Source: Clostridia bacterium (GTDB lineage: Bacteria; Bacillota; Clostridia; Christensenellales; UBA1242). From it: 64,000 bases of DNA. The notes below the pieces were generated by a model. It saw only the letters and a program-made list of their open reading frames with translations, did no database searches and was not told the origin of the DNA. The stretch lies in contig JAFVTW010000017.1 in assembly GCA_017503005.1 (NCBI GenBank), forward strand, positions 32,853-96,852. The letters are read 5' to 3'. Positions 1 through 10,210 of this stretch are shown one piece after another (the first letter of the stretch is position 1; every line of letters begins with the position of its first letter). Both the position numbers and the translations under genes were made by a program.

Positions 1-60
1 ACTCGTCTTCATGCTAGTGGCATTTTTAATTTTAGTATTACAAACTCTAGCATAAAAAAG
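1..60 (+). promoter_or_regulatory. Possible 3' end of a T-box leader upstream of valS (cut by the window edge)
   Basis: CTCGTC at 2-7 resembles the 3' strand of a T-box antiterminator. ATGCTAG (11-17) and CTAGCAT (47-53) form an inverted repeat. valS is commonly T-box controlled in Firmicutes. The T-box core itself is not in the window. Confidence 0.25.
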
Positions 61-74
61 GAAATTATATAATT

Positions 75-2693
75 ATGGAAAAATCATTTATACCTTCGAA
101 TTACGAAGAAAAAATATACAAAATGTGGTCAGAAAAAGGATATTTTAAAACTGACGACAATACAACAAAGAAACCATTTACAATCGTAATGCCACCACCA
201 AACATTACTAGTAAATTACACATAGGTCATGCTTACGGTATATCAATAATGGATAGTATTACCAGATACAAAAGAATGCAAGGTTTCGAGGCATTATTAC
301 TACCAGGTACAGACCATGCTGCATTAGCTACAGAAGTAAAAGTAGTAGAAAGATTAGCAGAAAGAGGTATTAGAAAAGAAGATATCGGTCGTGAAGCTTT
401 CCAACTAGAAATGGAAAAATGGTATGATGAATTTGGTGGACTTATTCTAAATCAATTCAAGAAAGTTGGTATTTCTTGTGACTGGGATAGATATGCTTTC
501 ACTTTAGATGAAAAAAGATGTAAAAGTGTTAGACATTCATTCTATGATTTGTACAACAAAGGACTAATCTATCAAGGTAGCAGAATTACAAACTGGTGTT
601 CTACTTGTAAAACTGCTCTTAGTGATATCGAAGTAGAATACGAAAATGATAAGGGACATATTTGGCATATCAAATATCCTATCGAAAATTCGGACAAGTA
701 CATTATAGTTGCTACAACCAGACCAGAAACAATGTTTGGTGATGTTGCGGTAGCTGTAAATCCAAAAGACAAAAGATACAAAAATCTAGTAGGCACAAAT
801 GTTATTTTGCCTATAGTAAACAAACCTATTCCTATTATTGCAGATAGTTATGTAAGTGTAGAATTTGGTACAGGTATGGTTAAGATTACTCCTGCACACG
901 ATCCTAACGACTACGAAATAGGTAAGAGACACAATCTAGAAATAATCAATGTTATCAATCTAGATGGTACAATGAACGACAATGCAGGTAAGTATGCTGG
1001 TATGACAACTACCGAATGTCGTGAAAAATTAGTAGAAGAATTAGCTGGTCTTGGCTTAATGGAGAAGATAGAGAACTATTCTCACAATGTAGGCCATTGC
1101 CAAAGATGTCATAGTGCATTAGAGCCTGTTGTTACAAAACAATGGTATGTAAAAATGGACGGATTGGCAAAGAGAGCTATTGAAAAAGTAAAAGATGGTA
1201 CAATTAAGTTCCATCCAAAAAGATTTGAAAAAATATATTTCAACTGGCTAGAAAATATTAGAGATTGGTGTATATCTCGTCAATTGTGGTCAGGTCACAG
1301 AATTCCTGTGTTTACATGTGACAAATGTGGACATCAAATGGTTGAAATCGAAGATCCTACAGTATGTTCAAAATGTGGTTGCACAAACTTAACACAAGAC
1401 CCTGATTCTCTAGATACATGGTTCAGTTCTGCATTGTGGCCATTTAGTACATTAGGTTGGCCAGAGAATACTAAGGCTCTAGAAAAATTCTATCCTACAG
1501 ACCTTATGGTTACAGCTTATGATATTATCTTCTTCTGGGTAGCTAGAATGATATTTAGTGGTCTAGAATACACAGATAAAGAACCATTTAGCGATGTGCT
1601 TATGCATGGTTTAGTTCGTGACGAACTAGGCAGAAAAATGAGTAAGAGTCTAGGTAATGGTATCGACCCACTTGACATTATCAATAAGTATGGTGCTGAC
1701 TCACTTAGATTTGCATTACTTATCGGTACAAGTGTAGGTATGGACTCTAGATTTAGCTATGACAAGGCAGAAAATGCAAGCAACTTTATCAATAAGTTGT
1801 GGAATGCTAGCCGTTTTGTTATTGAAAATGTAAATAAAGCAAATGTGGAAATCAAACCTATCAACGAATTAAAATTGAGTTTGGCGGACAAGTGGATACT
1901 TACAGAATTAAATTCTACAGTGGCAGCTATTACCAAACAATACGATAAGTACGATGTAGGTATGGCATGTAATACTATATACGATTTTGTGTGGACCAAA
2001 TACTGTGACTGGTATATCGAATCCGCTAAACCAAGTTTGTATAGCGAAGGTGAGAGTCAACAAACTACACTAAGTGTATTAGTATATGTTTTAGACAAGA
2101 TTCTAAAAATGTTACATCCTATTATGCCTTTTGTTACAGAAACAATCTATGCAGAAATTCCTGGTCATGGCGAAAGCATTATGGTTGAAAGCTTCCCAGT
2201 AGCTACAAAGGAACTTAACTTTGCTTCTGCTCATAAAACTATGAATGAAGTAATGACAGTGGTTAGAGCTATTAGAAATGCTAGAAAGGAAATGAATGTA
2301 GCAGATAATGTTAAGACAAATCTATTTGTAGAAACTACAAATCGTGAAATCAAAAACAATTTAGAAGTATTAAAGAAACTAGCTAATGGTAAAGAAATTA
2401 GCTTGATTGCAGATGCTTCTCAAGCTCCAGAAAACTGCACAATTATTGTAAATGATTTATTCAAAGTATATATTCCTAATGGCGATATGATCAATCCAGA
2501 GAAAGAATTAGAAAGATTAAATAATGAACTTACAAAGACCGAAGCAGAAATTGCTAGGGCAGAGAGAATGCTTGGTAATGCAGGATTCTTGGCTCGTGCT
2601 CCACAAGCATTAGTTGATGCAGAAAAAGAGAAATTAGTTAAGTACAACGAAATCAAATCAAACCTATTAGAAGCTATCAAAAAGTTGGGTTAA
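75..2693 (+). CDS. valS: Valine--tRNA ligase
   Basis: PPPNIT..LHIGH (HIGH), KMSKS, DWCISRQLW, C-terminal coiled-coil arm. Confidence 0.98.
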   Translation: MEKSFIPSNYEEKIYKMWSEKGYFKTDDNTTKKPFTIVMPPPNITSKLHIGHAYGISIMDSITRYKRMQGFEALLLPGTDHAALATEVKVVERLAERGIRKEDIGREAFQLEMEKWYDEFGGLILNQFKKVGISCDWDRYAFTLDEKRCKSVRHSFYDLYNKGLIYQGSRITNWCSTCKTALSDIEVEYENDKGHIWHIKYPIENSDKYIIVATTRPETMFGDVAVAVNPKDKRYKNLVGTNVILPIVNKPIPIIADSYVSVEFGTGMVKITPAHDPNDYEIGKRHNLEIINVINLDGTMNDNAGKYAGMTTTECREKLVEELAGLGLMEKIENYSHNVGHCQRCHSALEPVVTKQWYVKMDGLAKRAIEKVKDGTIKFHPKRFEKIYFNWLENIRDWCISRQLWSGHRIPVFTCDKCGHQMVEIEDPTVCSKCGCTNLTQDPDSLDTWFSSALWPFSTLGWPENTKALEKFYPTDLMVTAYDIIFFWVARMIFSGLEYTDKEPFSDVLMHGLVRDELGRKMSKSLGNGIDPLDIINKYGADSLRFALLIGTSVGMDSRFSYDKAENASNFINKLWNASRFVIENVNKANVEIKPINELKLSLADKWILTELNSTVAAITKQYDKYDVGMACNTIYDFVWTKYCDWYIESAKPSLYSEGESQQTTLSVLVYVLDKILKMLHPIMPFVTETIYAEIPGHGESIMVESFPVATKELNFASAHKTMNEVMTVVRAIRNARKEMNVADNVKTNLFVETTNREIKNNLEVLKKLANGKEISLIADASQAPENCTIIVNDLFKVYIPNGDMINPEKELERLNNELTKTEAEIARAERMLGNAGFLARAPQALVDAEKEKLVKYNEIKSNLLEAIKKLG

Positions 2694-2744
2694 TAACTAC
2701 TATGCATAACTATTATGCAAACTAAAAATTATGGCTTAAACAAT

Positions 2745-2780
2745 AGTAAAAAGACACAGTTTATGCTGTGTCTTTTTACT
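2745..2780 (+). terminator. Intrinsic terminator after valS
   Basis: AGTAAAAAGACACAG-tttatg-CTGTGTCTTTTTACT perfect inverted repeat. Confidence 0.85.
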
Positions 2781-2790
2781 TGATAAATTT

Positions 2791-2824
2791 AAAAAAAAGT
2801 TGTAGAAATTTTCTACAACTTTTT
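2791..2824 (-). terminator. Intrinsic terminator for the minus-strand TSCPD/DUF4364 pair
   Basis: A8-GTTGTAGAAATTTTCTACAAC-T5 hairpin at the stop of the 80-aa gene. Confidence 0.75.
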
Positions 2825-3065
2825 ATTTGTTTAGATATTGTTTCAAAGCTTTTGCTAGCTGGTCAGGACAAGATGTATTGCCTCTGCATTGTACACCTTC
2901 TAGTCTTTTGATTACATCTTCAACTTTCATTCCTTCTACCAGTTTGCTTATTCCTTTGGTATTGCCAGCACATCCGCCGACAAACTCTACAGATTTTATA
3001 ATTCCATCTTCAATATCGAAATTAATTACTCTAGAGCATACACCTTGAGTTTTGTATGATTGCAT
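2823..3065 (-). CDS. TIGR03905-family TSCPD-domain protein
   Basis: GVCSR..., GGCAGN, C..TSCPDQLA motifs; SD present. Confidence 0.9.
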   Translation of the reverse strand: MQSYKTQGVCSRVINFDIEDGIIKSVEFVGGCAGNTKGISKLVEGMKVEDVIKRLEGVQCRGNTSCPDQLAKALKQYLNK

Positions 3066-3077
3066 ATATTTTTCTCC

Positions 3078-3653
3078 TTAGTTGTCAATAATAGTATCGT
3101 ACAAATATTCAAAAATATTTGCTGCATTTTCTTTCCATTTTTTACAAGCAAGTATAGCAGAATGGCGGTTAGGTGCTTTTAGTTTGATTTCTAATAATGG
3201 GCTAGTAAGTACCGGTTCTTTGATTTTAAGAGTAACAGTGTGTGAACCATCTGGATTTTTAACATAATCAGATACATACTCTTGACTTCTTTTTAGATTC
3301 ATTTTGTTTTCTGTAATGAATGTAGTAATTTCTTCTCTTAGACTTTGAGGTATTCTTAAGAAGAAATGACTTAAACAGTTTCTACCATCTATTGTTATAC
3401 CATATCTTACTTCGTCTTTGTCGCTTTCATTTTTGAAAATAAATCCTACTTCTAGTAACTGCCATAGTATTTCTTTGCAGTCCATATAATTTATCCAGTT
3501 ATTACGGCTAGTACAAATATCAATGATATTGTTTTCGGTAAGAGGTATTTCCATTTTGTCTAGCAAAAACAATAGTTTTAATTTATTAATAGTACTATCT
3601 TGTGTGTATTCTAAAACCTTATCCATTTCGTTTCCTATATTTTGTATTTCCAT
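3078..3653 (-). CDS. DUF4364-family winged-helix protein
   Basis: NKLKLLFLL..PLT..I, YGIT.DG and C..W..NA..I patterns; usual neighbour of TIGR03905 genes; start moved to ATG 3653. Confidence 0.75.
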   Translation of the reverse strand: MEIQNIGNEMDKVLEYTQDSTINKLKLLFLLDKMEIPLTENNIIDICTSRNNWINYMDCKEILWQLLEVGFIFKNESDKDEVRYGITIDGRNCLSHFFLRIPQSLREEITTFITENKMNLKRSQEYVSDYVKNPDGSHTVTLKIKEPVLTSPLLEIKLKAPNRHSAILACKKWKENAANIFEYLYDTIIDN

Positions 3654-3798
3654 AGTAGAGTATATCACAACCAAAAAAAATCTACAAACAAACAATTTTA
3701 AAATAATAAAATTAATTCTGTTTTACAATTTAATTTGATTGATTAAATTTATTAAATTTAATATACTTTATTTGTAGAATTATCAATTAAGGTGAGCT

Positions 3799-4566
3799 AT
3801 GAGATATCCTGAAACTGAAAACATTAAAATAAAAAATTTCTTTGATGCTTGTAACGAAATGATACAAGGCAGATTTATTTTGTCTGATATTAAGATTTCT
3901 AAGATTTTGAAAGCTATTGCAAATTCTGAAGTTTTGTATGATTTGTTTGCACAAGTTTTGACCGATTTCAAGTTTAAAGAGGAATTTGAGAATGCCAAAA
4001 CTAACAACAAAATCAATGGTGGTTATTTTTCTGTGCCAGAACAAGACGAAAAGGTTATTGCATTAGTGTTCTGTTTGCTTTTGGAAGTAGATAATCAAAA
4101 AATGAATCTTCAAAACTTTGTAAACGATTACTTCTATAGCCCAGAAGGTTACAACATTAGCTATAGCAACTTTTCTTTAAGTGTGCTTGTTCCTTTCAAA
4201 AATGCTGTTCTAAACTTGCTAAATTGTAATGAAGATGGCACTTTAGTAGAAGAAGAGGTTATAGAGGAAGAAGATGAAGAAGAACTTCCTGTAGAGCCTA
4301 ATCACAAAGAAAAGATTATGTTTGCTAATTTGACAATGTCTCTAAATGAACTATTGTCAGTAATTAATCGTAGCAAAATTGATACAGAATCTAAGGAAGA
4401 ATTAAATATTATTATCAATGCAATTTTTGAAGCTATTCAGCTTGAGAATTTGATTATTATCAATGCATTGATTATTCCGTTAGAACATATGATAGGTAAA
4501 AATAAGCATGTAAAATTCTACTATAATGATTTTAAGGAATGTTTAGTACAATTCTATTATAGCTAA
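3799..4566 (+). CDS. Hypothetical acidic protein, 255 aa
   Basis: Long ORF with SD (AAGGTGAG) and a downstream terminator; no recognised motif; Glu-rich linker. Confidence 0.8.
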   Translation: MRYPETENIKIKNFFDACNEMIQGRFILSDIKISKILKAIANSEVLYDLFAQVLTDFKFKEEFENAKTNNKINGGYFSVPEQDEKVIALVFCLLLEVDNQKMNLQNFVNDYFYSPEGYNISYSNFSLSVLVPFKNAVLNLLNCNEDGTLVEEEVIEEEDEEELPVEPNHKEKIMFANLTMSLNELLSVINRSKIDTESKEELNIIINAIFEAIQLENLIIINALIIPLEHMIGKNKHVKFYYNDFKECLVQFYYS

Positions 4567-4569
4567 AAC

Positions 4570-4600
4570 AAAAAGTTAGAGGTGTTCTCTAACTTTTTTT
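4570..4600. terminator. Bidirectional terminator between convergent genes
   Basis: AAAAAGTTAGAG-gtgtt-CTCTAACTTTTTTT. Confidence 0.8.
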
Positions 4601-5576
4601 ATAATATAATTAATCCAAAAATATATGCTAATATCATACTTAGTATGGTGTGAGTAAACTTTTGTAGAAAGTAAAATTTTAGATTAATTTTCATTTTCTT
4701 AAGGAAAGTTAATGCCTGTAAATTTATAGATATCCCACCAAAAGAAATTATACCACTTAGTATGATGGCTGTAGTTTGTATAGGTAGATTGCATAAGCTC
4801 AAATCAAGACAACCTCTAGTCAGTTCTATAATTCCATTTAGTACAGAAATTATAGGTTTGATGGGTGTGTTTGGACTTATTTTTGATAGTAAAAATAATA
4901 TAGGGTTGTATATATTAAATGTATTAACTATGGTTATAATCATAAAAAATATTGATATATATCCACCTATTATCATTATGCTTTTTATCGAACCTAGCAT
5001 ACTTTCTTCTAGAATATTGTTGGAGGGGGTGTTGGTGATTTTTGCATCAAGATTTGATTTTTGCTTTATCATATAATTTCTATATAGTATTCCATTTAAT
5101 AAACTACCTAAAAAGTGAGAAAGTAGTATAGTATATCCTAGTGTTTTATTGCCAAACATTCCTATGGCGACTGTACCTAATATAAATAGTGGTCCGCTGG
5201 TGCTAGTAAAACTTACTATTCGGTGTGCCTCACCGATATCTATACATTTCTTTTCATATAAGTCACTAGTAAGTTTGGCTCCAACTGGGTATCCAGACAT
5301 TATGCTCATTAAATATATATAACCACTTATACCACTTGTGTTGTACAGTTTTTTTGTGAAAGGAGATATGTATTTACTTAGCTCAGTTATTAGTCCAAAT
5401 TCGCCTAGTAGCTTGGTAAAAAGGAAGAAAGGGAATAGTGCTGGCAGAATATTTGTTGCCCAGACTACAAGGCCATTTAGACATGCTGAAATCGATACAT
5501 CTGGAATAACAATCAAACAGATGATTAGTAATAAGACAAATATTGAGATAATTATATTTTGTTTTTTTATTTTCAT
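4599..5576 (-). CDS. ylbJ: Sporulation integral membrane protein YlbJ-like
   Basis: W...ILPALFPF, SGYPVGAK, GPLFILGTV and FGGISI..Q motifs; multi-TM; synteny with patatin/tmcAL. Confidence 0.85.
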   Translation of the reverse strand: MKIKKQNIIISIFVLLLIICLIVIPDVSISACLNGLVVWATNILPALFPFFLFTKLLGEFGLITELSKYISPFTKKLYNTSGISGYIYLMSIMSGYPVGAKLTSDLYEKKCIDIGEAHRIVSFTSTSGPLFILGTVAIGMFGNKTLGYTILLSHFLGSLLNGILYRNYMIKQKSNLDAKITNTPSNNILEESMLGSIKSIMIIGGYISIFFMIITIVNTFNIYNPILFLLSKISPNTPIKPIISVLNGIIELTRGCLDLSLCNLPIQTTAIILSGIISFGGISINLQALTFLKKMKINLKFYFLQKFTHTILSMILAYIFGLIIL

Positions 5577-5668
5577 TTATTTTTTACTTGATAATCAAAC
5601 TTGAATATTATATATTTACATTGATGAAAGTTGTCAATAATATATCGTATGAAACGGAGATTGTATTT

Positions 5669-6463
5669 ATGAGTGATATAAAAGTTGGTTTGGTGTTAAG
5701 TGGTGGTGGTGCTTTGGGTATGGCACATGTAGGTGTACTAAAAGCTCTTATAGAAAATGGCATATCTCCCAACATTGTTGTTGGTACATCTATAGGAAGT
5801 TTGGTCGGTGGTGTATATAGTGCAGGTGTTCCATTGGAGAATATAGAAAAAGAAGCACTTAGTATTAGCACTAAGCAACTTTTTGATGTCAATTTGAATG
5901 TGCAGGGTCTTTTGAGTGGTAAATCAGCAATCAAACTTATAAAGAATATTTTGGGTCAAGATTATATGATTGAAGATTTAAAAGTAAAGTATGGAGCTGT
6001 AGCAGTTGATATTATGGCTGCTAAGGAAGAATTATTTACATCAGGTTCTTTACTAGATGCTATTAGGGCTAGTATTAGTGTGCCGGGAGTGTTTATTCCA
6101 CATAAAATAGGCGAAAAATACTATGTTGATGGCGGAATATTGAACAATTTGCCAGAAAATTATGCTTTGGATATGGGTGCAGATTATGTTATATCTGTAA
6201 ACTTGATGTATGGTTACAAACCTAGAGCTATTCCTAAAACAGCTATTCATTCTGTAGTATATACTTCTTTTATAATGCAAAATGAGATTACTAATATGAG
6301 ACCAAAATTGTCTAATGTGAGAATAGACTTGAATTTAAATGGTTTCAAGCAACATATATTCAACAAAACTTCAGCTGAAAAACTTATTAAAATTGGTTAT
6401 GATGAAACCAAAAAACAAATAGATAAAATTAAAAAAGATATTGCAAAAATAAAAAAGCCTTAA
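5669..6463 (+). CDS. Patatin-like phospholipase (YlbK-like)
   Basis: LSGGGALG, GTSIG nucleophile and DGG motifs; GGAG SD before ATG 5669. Confidence 0.92.
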   Translation: MSDIKVGLVLSGGGALGMAHVGVLKALIENGISPNIVVGTSIGSLVGGVYSAGVPLENIEKEALSISTKQLFDVNLNVQGLLSGKSAIKLIKNILGQDYMIEDLKVKYGAVAVDIMAAKEELFTSGSLLDAIRASISVPGVFIPHKIGEKYYVDGGILNNLPENYALDMGADYVISVNLMYGYKPRAIPKTAIHSVVYTSFIMQNEITNMRPKLSNVRIDLNLNGFKQHIFNKTSAEKLIKIGYDETKKQIDKIKKDIAKIKKP

Positions 6464-6478
6464 AATTTAAGGCTTTTT
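6451..6478. terminator. Bidirectional terminator patatin/tmcAL
   Basis: AAAAAAGCCTTAAA-a-TTTAAGGCTTTTT. Confidence 0.75.
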
Positions 6479-6483
6479 GTTTT

Positions 6484-7737
6484 TTAAATTTTTATACTTT
6501 TTGTAAGTAGGTCAGGTGTGTATTCGGGAATTGAAGAGTTTTTTCTAAGTAGCATATAGTATACTTGATTTGCTCTATCTTCAATATTTGCTAATTCTTT
6601 GTAGATTTCGCTTTGTTCGCTTTCTACATTGTTTACTCTAATTATTAGGTTGGTGTTAGCACTTACACTTTTTAGTAGTTCTTGTCTGTCGTCTTTGAAT
6701 GCTAATACTTTAATAAAAGGTAGTATGTCTAAGTCGTATATTGATTTTACTGCTTTAGCATTTATTTGTAATAAGTTGCCTAAGATTATTCTTTTTATTC
6801 TTGTAAAAGTATATCTTTTAGTTTTTACTTGTAATAATAACTCGTTTAAATCTTTTGTGTTTCTACTCATTTCGTAGAATCTATTCTCTAATCCTTCTGT
6901 TACATCAAAGACTTTTCTAATTTCTTCTGGAGTAGACATTTTTAATTTGTACATACACAAATCGTTAAATAGGTTTACATCAGGCAATCCAAAAGTTTTC
7001 ACTTCTTCTTTTAATAGGGAATAGGTGAAATTAGGAACTAATTTTTTTACACTTCTTACTTTGTTGGTTTTGTATAGTCTAGCTCTAATAGCTGTGGCAC
7101 TTGAATTTTTACCAACTACTTCTTCTGAGTTGTATTCGCTATCTGCTCTAGTTGTGAATACTGGTGTGATTTTACTATTAGTATTGATCAATGCCTTTAG
7201 GTATTCAATAGCCAAAATATTGTTTGGTTGTTTTAATATATCACCAACTTCTGTGATTTCACTAATTTCTGTAGAACCATCTTTGATCATATCTTCTATA
7301 GCTTTTTGTCTGCTTGTTACTAGTGAATTGCCATCGTTTAGATATTTTCGTAATTTGTTCTTATATTCTTTTGGTTCGTTTGCAAAAAATTTAGCTAGTT
7401 CCATTAGTAGGTCAGTGCGAGTAGTTTCGCAACCAAATGCTAAGTGTGTTACATTCTCAAAGCTGTTTGCTATTTTTACTCCAGCCAAAGCAAATATTTC
7501 TGCAGTAGAAGTTGCATAGGCTGTAGGCATTTGTACTACTATGTCTGCACCAGCTTCTAATGCTATTCTAGCTCTTACATGCTTATTTAGAATTGTAGGT
7601 TCGCCTCGTTGTGTAAAGTTTCCGCTTAGTATTACCATAACAGCATCTGCACCACTTTGTCTTTTTGCATCTTGTATATGTTTCAAGTGTCCATAATGGA
7701 ATGGATTGTATTCGCTAATAATTGCACAAATTTTCAT
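6484..7737 (-). CDS. tmcAL: tRNA(Met) cytidine acetate ligase (YlbM family)
   Basis: EYNPFHYGH, SGNFTQRGEP, PNNILAIEY, SATAIR, KTKRYT; divergent from pta-ackA. Confidence 0.92.
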   Translation of the reverse strand: MKICAIISEYNPFHYGHLKHIQDAKRQSGADAVMVILSGNFTQRGEPTILNKHVRARIALEAGADIVVQMPTAYATSTAEIFALAGVKIANSFENVTHLAFGCETTRTDLLMELAKFFANEPKEYKNKLRKYLNDGNSLVTSRQKAIEDMIKDGSTEISEITEVGDILKQPNNILAIEYLKALINTNSKITPVFTTRADSEYNSEEVVGKNSSATAIRARLYKTNKVRSVKKLVPNFTYSLLKEEVKTFGLPDVNLFNDLCMYKLKMSTPEEIRKVFDVTEGLENRFYEMSRNTKDLNELLLQVKTKRYTFTRIKRIILGNLLQINAKAVKSIYDLDILPFIKVLAFKDDRQELLKSVSANTNLIIRVNNVESEQSEIYKELANIEDRANQVYYMLLRKNSSIPEYTPDLLTKSIKI

Positions 7738-7853
7738 ATTCATCACCTGTTTTAAGTTTACTACTTTTGTTTAATCATATATAATACATTATATAATAAT
7801 AACTAACATTTTAGCAAAACAAAAACAAAAAATATTTTAAAAATGGGGTAATT

Positions 7854-8867
7854 ATGGAAATTAATGGACTAAATTCTGCTTTTGAGGTGAATTTACTAGA
7901 AAAAGCGAAAGCAAATTGCAAGACAATAGTGTTGCCAGAAGCAGGACTAAATGACAATGTAATGCTAGCAGGTATCGCTGCTGCAGAGCATCAAGTTGCA
8001 AAAATTGTATTATTAGTAAGTGATGATACCAAGCTAAAAAAATACAATGTGCAAGAAAGTGAGTACTTGAGGGTTGTTGATATTACTACATCAGACTTAT
8101 TGCCAGTACTTACAAATGCTTTATATCTAAAGAGAAAAGAAAAAGGCCTTACTGAAGAGGGTGCTAAAGAACTACTAAAAAATCCAATGTACTTTGGTAC
8201 AATGATGGTAGATTTAGGACTTGTAGATGGTCAAGTGGGTGGTGCTGAATTTACTACAGCTGATACTCTTAGACCGGCACTTCAAATTATCAAAGGTAAA
8301 ACCAAAGAATCACTAATCTCTAGCTATATGATTATGATTTCTGAAAACAAAAATTTTGGTGACAATGGTGTATATGTATTGTCTGACTGTGGACTAAATG
8401 TAGACCCAACTAGTGAGCAACTAAAACAAATTTGTTTCGATACAGTTGATTCTGCAGTAAAAATTGCTGGATTTACAGACCCAACTGTAGCAATGCTTAG
8501 CTATTCTACACTAGGTAGTGCAGAAGGTGATAGTGCTATAAAGGTAAGACGAGCTACAGAGCTTATTAAAGCCGAAAATCCTACATTTAAAGTAGATGGC
8601 GAGATGCAATTTGACTCTGCTATCGTTCCTAGTGTGTGTGCTAAAAAAGCACCAAATAGCCCAGTTGCAGGCAAGGCAAATATTTTAATATTCCCAGACT
8701 TGCAAAGTGGTAATATTTCATACAAAATCATTCAAAGATTAGCTGGATTTAAGTGTATAGGACCTATTGCTCAAGGCTTTAGAAAACCTATCAATGACCT
8801 TAGTCGTGGTGCAGATGCAAATGAAATTTTGAGAGCTATAGCTATTACATCTTTGCAGTGTGATTAG
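7854..8867 (+). CDS. pta: Phosphate acetyltransferase
   Basis: IVLPE, RPALQII, MLSYSTLGSA, DGEMQFD, NDLSRG. Confidence 0.95.
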   Translation: MEINGLNSAFEVNLLEKAKANCKTIVLPEAGLNDNVMLAGIAAAEHQVAKIVLLVSDDTKLKKYNVQESEYLRVVDITTSDLLPVLTNALYLKRKEKGLTEEGAKELLKNPMYFGTMMVDLGLVDGQVGGAEFTTADTLRPALQIIKGKTKESLISSYMIMISENKNFGDNGVYVLSDCGLNVDPTSEQLKQICFDTVDSAVKIAGFTDPTVAMLSYSTLGSAEGDSAIKVRRATELIKAENPTFKVDGEMQFDSAIVPSVCAKKAPNSPVAGKANILIFPDLQSGNISYKIIQRLAGFKCIGPIAQGFRKPINDLSRGADANEILRAIAITSLQCD

Positions 8868-8937
8868 TTTGGTTGAAATTTTAAATAAAATATGTTAAAA
8901 TCACGAAGTAAATTAATAAAAAAGAAGGAAAATAATA

Positions 8938-10119
8938 ATGAAAATTTTAGTATTAAATGCTGGTAGTTCTAGTTTAAAATTTCAACTACTAAATATGGAA
9001 GATGAAAGTGTTATTGCAAAAGGTAACTGTGAAAGAATAGGTATTGATGATTCTTTCATTACATACAAAGCTAATGGTAAGGCTACTACTACAAAATGTG
9101 TTATGCCTACTCATGTAGAAGCTATGAAATATGTTTTGGGTGCTTTGACAGACAAAGAAAATGGTGTAATCAAATCTGTAAACGAAATTTCTGGTTTTGG
9201 TCATCGTGTAGTAAATGTAGGTGAAGACTACTTTGATAGTGTTGTAATTACAGAAAAAGTTTTAGAAGATTTTAGAAAAAACAAAGACTTTTCTCCATTA
9301 CATGTTCCAGGTGCAATTTCTGGTATCGAAGCATGTTTGTCAATTGCTCCAAAAATCAAAAATGTAGCTGTTTTTGATATCGGTTTCCACAAAACAATGC
9401 CTGAGCATGTATATCGTTATGCTATTCCAAAAGAAGACTATAAAAACCTAAAAATTCGTAGATATGGTGCACATGGTACTAGTCACAGATTTGTATCTCA
9501 AGAATGTGTAAAACTTCTTGGCAAAGAAAACTCAAAAATTGTTACTTGTCACTTAGGTAGTGGTAGCAGTATGTGTGCAGTTTTAGATGGTAAAAGTTAT
9601 GATACAACTATGGGATTTACTCCATTAGAAGGTTTAGTAATGGGTACCAGAAGTGGTGATATAGATGCTTCTGTTGTTAATTTCCTATGCGACAAAAAAG
9701 GTATGAAAGCAAGTGAAGTTGTAAATTATCTAAACAAAAAGAGCGGTATGCTAGGTCTTTGTGGATATAGTGATATGAGAGATGTAGAATCAAATCTAGA
9801 TACAAATGCTGATTGCAGATTGGCTTTTGATACTATGTGCTACAGAGTAACCAAATATATTGGTGCTTATGCTGCAGCTATGGGTGGACTAGATGCTATT
9901 GTATTTACAGGTGGTATCGGTGAAAGAGATCCTCTAGCTAGAGAAAGAATTCTAGAAAACCTAGGATTTATGGGTGTAGAGTTTGACAAAGAAAACAATC
10001 CAAATGTTTTTGGTGACTTTGGCGAATTGTCAACACCTAATAGTAGGGTAAAAGTTTATGTAATTCCTACAAACGAAGAATTAGTTATTGCTAGAGAAAC
10101 TCTAGATTTAATCAAATAA
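8938..10119 (+). CDS. ackA: Acetate kinase (divergent motifs)
   Basis: LNAGSSSLK, GHRVV, HGTSH, TMGFTPLEG..MGTRSG, FTGGIGE, TNEELVIA. Confidence 0.95.
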   Translation: MKILVLNAGSSSLKFQLLNMEDESVIAKGNCERIGIDDSFITYKANGKATTTKCVMPTHVEAMKYVLGALTDKENGVIKSVNEISGFGHRVVNVGEDYFDSVVITEKVLEDFRKNKDFSPLHVPGAISGIEACLSIAPKIKNVAVFDIGFHKTMPEHVYRYAIPKEDYKNLKIRRYGAHGTSHRFVSQECVKLLGKENSKIVTCHLGSGSSMCAVLDGKSYDTTMGFTPLEGLVMGTRSGDIDASVVNFLCDKKGMKASEVVNYLNKKSGMLGLCGYSDMRDVESNLDTNADCRLAFDTMCYRVTKYIGAYAAAMGGLDAIVFTGGIGERDPLARERILENLGFMGVEFDKENNPNVFGDFGELSTPNSRVKVYVIPTNEELVIARETLDLIK

Positions 10120-10142
10120 TTAAAAAATAATTAATTTTAAAA

Positions 10143-10171
10143 TTGACAAATGAACAATATTGTTCTATACT
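10143..10171 (+). promoter_or_regulatory. SigA promoter of rpmF
   Basis: TTGACA (10143-48), 17 bp, TATACT (10166-71). Confidence 0.75.
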
Positions 10172-10210
10172 TTGTAAGCGATTTAAAAATTTATTAGGAG
10201 GTGCTATTTA

